Shown here: positions 8,863-13,969 of the stretch, one piece after another
Position numbering within the stretch: position 1 is the first letter of the stretch
Layout of the letters: each line of letters opens with the position of its first letter
Assembly: GCF_006345805.1 (NCBI RefSeq)
Contig: NW_021825912.1
Span: forward strand, 1 to 13,969
From: Octopus sinensis
Taxonomy: Eukaryota
Direction: 5' to 3'
Length of the DNA stretch: 13,969 nucleotides
The notes under the pieces: model-generated
What the model was told of the DNA's origin: nothing
What the model saw: the letters and a program-made list of their open reading frames with translations, nothing else
Database searches by the model: none
Made by a program: the position numbers and the translations under genes

Positions 8863-9059
8863 AGTAATTAAGGAAGCTCTTGTTCATTAGCAAATATTAT
8901 CTTAGTCCAAAAACGTCAGAATACTTGCACATTATTGTTAGAGTATGTCAGCCATTAAATGGACAAAGTTCACTATTTACAAATCTGGTTTCCAGCATGG
9001 ATATTGTTATGGTTATACGCAGAAAGCGGATCACTAGGTACGATTGTTCATCAAATATA

Positions 9060-9242
9060 TCCTTTCCATTATAAGCACAATGCCTGCAATTTGGGGTAAG
9101 GTATTGTGGATTTTATCGATCCCAGTGCGTAGCTGATACTTAAGGGAAAGTTGACCTCGGCCGAATTTGAACTCAGAACGTAGCTTCGGGAAAAATACTG
9201 CTAAGCATTTCGCCCTGCGTACTAACCTTTCCTCCAGTTCGG
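9060..9242 (-). mobile_element. SINE family A copy with an internal deletion in the central domain
   Basis: Homologous to 661-875 but lacks the TTTATCGACCCCGAAAGGATGA segment near 9143. The B-box GAGTTCAAATTC is on the minus strand. Confidence 0.88.
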
Positions 9243-9361
9243 TATGTTAAAATATGGAATATAGGGAAAAAAGAATACCTAGAACTTCTTAAGAATGTTG
9301 ACCACTGGTTTAAATTGATATTATTTAATGATATTAATTTCTACCCTCATTAAGTAATTAT

Positions 9362-9387
9362 TATATATATATATATATATATATATC

Positions 9388-9420
<33 letters not shown>
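9362..9420. repeat. (TA)n microsatellite
   Basis: Directly visible. Confidence 0.97.
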
Positions 9421-9430
9421 CATGTAATGG

Positions 9431-9600
9431 GGCGCAGGAATAGCTGTGAGGGGTAGTTCGCTTACGAACCACATGATTCTAGGTTCAGTGCCACTGCGTG
9501 GTACCTTGGACAGCTGTCTTCTACTATAGTCTTGGGCCAACCAAAACCTTGTGTGTGGATTTTGTAGACGGAAACTGAAAGAAGCCAGTCGTATATATAT
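9431..9600 (+). mobile_element. 5' half of tRNA-derived SINE family B (CORE-SINE-like)
   Basis: A-box-like TAGCTGTGAGG, B-box-like GGTTCAGTGCC, then ACCTTGGACAGCTGTCTT resembling the CORE motif CCTTGGGCAAGT. Ends in (TA)n. Confidence 0.8.
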
Positions 9601-9956
9601 GGAACAATATTCGTCACTAAGAATGTCAAAATAAGTTATGTCGTTGATTGTCATCACTACAGAGATTATGTTAAGGTGTAACGTATTTTTGAATATCGTT
9701 TCCAGGGCAGCGAAATGTTCGATGCAGTATCTATGAGAAACATTACTCCGTTATTTTCGTCAAAGAGAATTCAGAAGGAAAAATGCAGGAACATAAGTAG
9801 AGAAAAATCGATAAGGATTCTTTACGGTCTCGTGCTAATGTATAGAAGATGAATAAGCAAGGAACCCTTTTTTGCTCCTGTTCAGCATATATTGCAATGA
9901 CGATATAAAACCCTGAGTTTAGAGTAGAGTGGCTTTTCACTGAGACGGTTTTAAAA

Positions 9957-10000
9957 CGCACAGATATGGCCGTGTGGTTAAGGAACTCATTTTGTAATTA
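9957..10000 (+). mobile_element. Short head fragment of SINE family B
   Basis: CGCACAGATATGGCCGTGTGGTTAAGG contains a good A-box (TGGCCGTGTGGT) and resembles 9431-9460. Confidence 0.5.
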
Positions 10001-10025
10001 ACTGGTTAGAATTAACTGGTTAGAA
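9996..10025. repeat. 14-bp tandem duplication (AATTAACTGGTTAG x2)
   Basis: Exact direct repeat at 9996-10009 and 10010-10023. Confidence 0.9.
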
Positions 10026-10202
10026 ACGATATCCTAAAGATCTGACACTAAATTGTGATGATGTTTAACACCCGTCTCTGCGCGTTTCATCGATCTGTGC
10101 GTTCAAACCTGTATTGGCAATACACAACACAAAAAACATTTTCAGCGTATATGATAAAATATTATGCTAGGTATTCTTCTTTCGCTATATTCCATATTTT
10201 AA

Positions 10203-10419
10203 GGCGGCGAACTGAGAGAAATGTTAGTATGCAGGGCGAAATGCTTAGCGGTATTTCGTCTGTTTTTTACGTTCTGAGTTCAAATTCCACCGAGGTCGAC
10301 TTTGCCTTTCATCCTCTCGTGGTCGTTAAACTAAGTAGCAGTTGCGTACTGGGGTCAATCTAATCGACTGGCTCCCCTCCCCCAAAATTTCGGGCCTTGT
10401 ACCTAGGGCAGAAAAGAAA
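10203..10419 (+). mobile_element. Full-length SINE family A copy with tail 1
   Basis: GGCGGCGAACTG head, B-box GAGTTCAAATTCC, central GACTTTGCCTTTCATCCT..GGTCG.TAAA.TAAGTA.CAG (resembles the Sauria-SINE/MetaSINE central domain), tail CCCCAAAATTTCGGGCCTTGTACCTAG. Confidence 0.92.
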
Positions 10420-10980
10420 AGTTAACACGCCGGGTGAAATACTTAGCGGTATTTCGTCTGCCGCTAGGTTCTGAGTTCAAATTCTGCTGAGGTCGCCTTT
10501 GCCTTTCATCCTTTCGGGATCGATTAAATAAGTACCAGTTACGGACTGGGGGCGATATAATCGACTTAATCTCTTTGTCTGTCCTTGTTTGTCCTCTCTG
10601 TATTTAGCCCCTTGTGGGTAGTAAAGAAATATGTATTTCGTCTGTCTTTACGTTCTGAGTTCGAATTCCACTGAGGTCAACACTGGCTTTCATCCTCTCG
10701 GGGAAGTTTAATTAAGTACCATTTACGTCCTGGGGTCGATTTAATCGACTTAATACCTATGTCTGTCCTTGTTTGTCCTCTCTGTATTTAGCCCCTTGTG
10801 GGTAGTAAAGAAATATGTATTTCGTCTGTCTTTACGTTCTGAGTTCGAATTCCACTGAGGTCGACATTGCCTGTCATCCTCTCGGGAAAGTTTAATTAAG
10901 TACCAGTTGCGTAGTGAGGTCGATCTAATCAACTGGGCCCTCCCCCAAAATTTCTGGTCATGTGCCTAGTATCGAAACCT
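10420..10980 (+). mobile_element. Multimeric SINE family A: partial head plus three bodies at 184-bp period, ending in tail 1
   Basis: GTATTTCGTCTG starts at 10449, 10633 and 10817. 10576-10678 is identical to 10760-10862. Confidence 0.92.
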
Positions 10981-11339
10981 AAAAAATAATATATGCCATA
11001 TTTTAAAATACTGGTACTGTAACTTAATGTTAAATATGGAGCCCTGATTTCGTAGTGTTTGATAAAATTTTATATCGCCCTACATGCTTCTTTGTACATA
11101 TAACGAACAGTAATATGTGACACGCACTGCAGTAATATATTTTATTTGCGTTAGTTAAAAGGTGACAAAAAAACTGAAGACACCGTCTTTAAAACGTGTT
11201 ATAAATTTCCATTACTGAATAGGAAATTGGAATGAAATAAATTGAATATTATAAATGGACTGAGACAAAGATGCCACGCACTATACTACATACATATTCA
11301 CACACATAAAACGGAACATCTATACGAGCATAAAGAAAC

Positions 11340-11556
11340 ACACATATAAGGTGTGTGTCTGTGTGTGTGTGTGTGAGAGAGTATGGTTGTACGTGTGCGC
11401 TACTGTATTTGCATCAAGGTGTGTGAGTTTGTGTATGAGGCTGTGTGTGCGTGTGTGTGTGTATGTGTATGCGTAATATATATAGATGTACACACATATG
11501 ATATATAGTAATCTGAATATATGTGCAAATATAAATGCGTATGTATAGTATATATG

Positions 11557-11605
<49 letters not shown>

Positions 11606-12090
11606 ATATAATATGTGTGTGTATATACATATGTAGTTACGTGTGTGTGCGTATGCATCTAACATACTTATATTTCGTGCGCCGCACATACACCCACACC
11701 CACACCCACCCACATACACAATGTATTATATATATATGTATGTAGTATATATATATGTATGTGTATATATATTTATATATGTGGATATATGTGGATATAG
11801 TGCAAACATATACGAACATATATAAATATATCTACGGCTGTATGTAATATGTATATATGTGTATGTATAATCGTGTATATATATATATAATATATATATA
11901 ATATATATATATATATATTATATATATTATATATATAATAGATGTATTTATATAATATATATACCACCACATATGATGTTATAACGTGGTGCATATATAT
12001 GTGAATGTTTGTGCGCCTGTGTTTGTACAAGTCTGTGTGTGTTTGTCTTCGTGTGTGTGCGTGTGTGTGTATGTGTGTCTGTGTGCGTGT
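11340..12090. repeat. Degenerate (TG)/(TA)/(CA) tract
   Basis: Directly visible. Confidence 0.93.
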
Positions 12091-12258
12091 TAGAATTCAG
12101 ACGCATCTGAAATTCCGAATATTTTTCCTTGTAATTTTTAATTTTACAGCCATGCTCATTTATTTTAATTCATCTTTATTTCTGGTTTTATTGACTGAAA
12201 CGTCGAAAAAAAAGATTATGAATTTTAAATTAAGAATTATTGCGAATCTGAATTAATA

Positions 12259-12332
12259 GGGCCAAGACGTAGCAGTTTGGTCGAATATATTCGGTTACCA
12301 ATACTGCATTCCGTGTTCGATGCCACGGCGTG
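12259..12332 (+). mobile_element. Diverged head of SINE family B
   Basis: A-box-like TAGCAGTTTGGT and B-box GTTCGATGCC followed by ACGGCGTG, colinear with 9431-9500. Confidence 0.55.
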
Positions 12333-12350
12333 CCTCGTGTGGCAGTAGCA

Positions 12351-12576
12351 GCGTAACTAGGACTTAATTTATCAATCAAGAAGGACGAAGGGCAAAGTCG
12401 ACTTATGTGGAAGTTGAACTCAGAACGTAACGGCAGACGAAATAGCTATTTCTTTACTACCCACAAGGGGCTAAATACAGGGGAGACAAACAAGGACAGT
12501 CGAACGGATTAAGCCGATTATATCGACTCCAGTGCGTAACTGGTACTTAATTAATCGACCCCAAAAGGATGAAAGG
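12351..12576 (-). mobile_element. Headless 184-bp SINE-A unit array fragment, minus strand
   Basis: Reverse complement aligns along its length with 12645-12871 and with the 10.5-10.9 kb array. Confidence 0.92.
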
Positions 12577-12882
12577 GTAGTAAAGAAATAGGTATTTCGT
12601 CTGTCGTTACGCTCTGAGTTCAAATTCTGCCGAGATTGACTTTGCCTTTCATTCTTTCGAGGTGGATTACATAAGTACCAGTTACGCACTGGGGTCGATA
12701 TAATCGACTTAATCGGTTTGTCTGTCCTTGTTTGTCCCCTCTGTGTTTAGCCCCTTGTGGGTAGTATAGAAACAGGTATGTCCTTTGCCGTTACGTTCTG
12801 AGTTCAAATTTCGCCGAGGTCGATTTTGCCTTTCATCCTTTCGGGGTCGATAAATTAAGTACCAGTTAAGCACTGGGGTCGA
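12575..12882 (+). mobile_element. Headless 184-bp SINE-A unit array fragment, plus strand (~1.7 units)
   Basis: Unit starts at 12592 and 12776, a period of 184. Confidence 0.92.
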
Positions 12883-13394
12883 GAGGAACTCCGGTGTCAG
12901 CTGCTCACTACCAGTGAACTAATATAACACCCATTTAACACGGCATATAACACGACATTTCTACCTCACTCGTAGCGTCGTAGACCGACGGTTTTTCAAA
13001 CTTAGTATGAAGTGTATTCTTAACATTTTATAGAAAGAAATACGTTACTGGCCACGGACATTACTCTTGGCCCCCGGTCAATGAGAAGACTTTAGAAAAA
13101 AAAAAACAAAAAAAAACACAAAAGATATCAAGATTGATGCTGTTTATTATTTACACAAGCAAGAGTCTAGAAAAAGACCCTAGGTTCAGATCCGGAACAT
13201 TAATTGCCTTTTTATCTCCCCCAAACAACAAACGAAGACATTAAAACAGTCACCGATATATATTTTTTATGAACATAAACTCACACGCATGCGCATTCAC
13301 GAAAGAGTAGGTAAGAAGACAACGTGCAGAAGGAAACAAAAACAATTTCGAAATGTTTTCGTATAATATTATATAAATAAACTTGTCGATGAAA

Positions 13395-13568
13395 TACGTA
13401 TGTACATACAGATGCGTGTATGTATATCTATGTATATCTATACGTCAATGTGTATATATGTGTGCATACATACATGCAGTCAGATATATGTGTCTGGATG
13501 TGTACGCATGTGTCTGTGTACATATATATAAAAAAAGCACACATATTCATATACGTGTTCATATATGA

Positions 13569-13636
<68 letters not shown>

Positions 13637-13777
13637 ATATATGATATATAATATATATATATATATATATATAATATTAATATATATATATATATATACA
13701 TACAAACATACATAAATACATATATATGTACGTAGATATATCTATATATATATATGCATATATGTATATATATATAT
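13395..13777. repeat. Degenerate (TA)n/(TG)n tract
   Basis: Directly visible. Confidence 0.93.
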
Positions 13778-13886
13778 CGAGAGTGAGACAATGAGAGAGA
13801 GAGGTATTTACATTATATAGATGTAATCTATATTATACATAGCTAGGTGGATAGAGCGATCGAGATATAGAAATATAGAGAGGTAA

Positions 13887-13895
13887 ATAGATAGA

Positions 13896-13930
<35 letters not shown>

Positions 13931-13932
13931 GC

Positions 13933-13969
<37 letters not shown>
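13887..13969. repeat. (GATA)n/(GACA)n microsatellite
   Basis: Directly visible; runs to the window end. Confidence 0.97.

Noticed and set aside
10449-10980. CRISPR-like or tRNA gene array
   Set aside because: Whole 184-bp units repeat with no unique spacers; B-boxes are present but there is no complete cloverleaf; the context is eukaryotic SINE sequence.
11174-11205. CTGAAGA...AAAACGTGTT hammerhead-like motif
   Set aside because: Lacks GAAA, stem II and stem I pairing.
11320-13791. YI/CV-rich ORFs and SINE antisense ORFs
   Set aside because: Dinucleotide-repeat or SINE translation artefacts.

Overview
AT-rich, non-coding eukaryotic (animal) DNA, intronic or intergenic. The SINE families and microsatellite style look like octopus/coleoid cephalopod, which is my recognition from memory and not a database result. 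No host protein-coding gene is supportable, and essentially all ORFs in the track are microsatellite or repeat artefacts. The window is a mosaic of microsatellites and transposon relics: two tRNA-derived SINE families, two copies of a LINE-like 3' end next to (TAA)n, 3' ends of two Tc1/mariner-superfamily transposons, and a C-terminal fragment of a CRE-like restriction-like-endonuclease retrotransposon that the ORF track missed. Most notable: (1) an apparently intact type I hammerhead ribozyme at 1291-1406 with a palindromic stem III; (2) a second, decayed hammerhead inside an inverted repeat; (3) a 184-bp headless SINE-derived unit that recurs in tandem with the same junction at two loci; (4) a ~226-bp-arm inverted repeat built from that unit.
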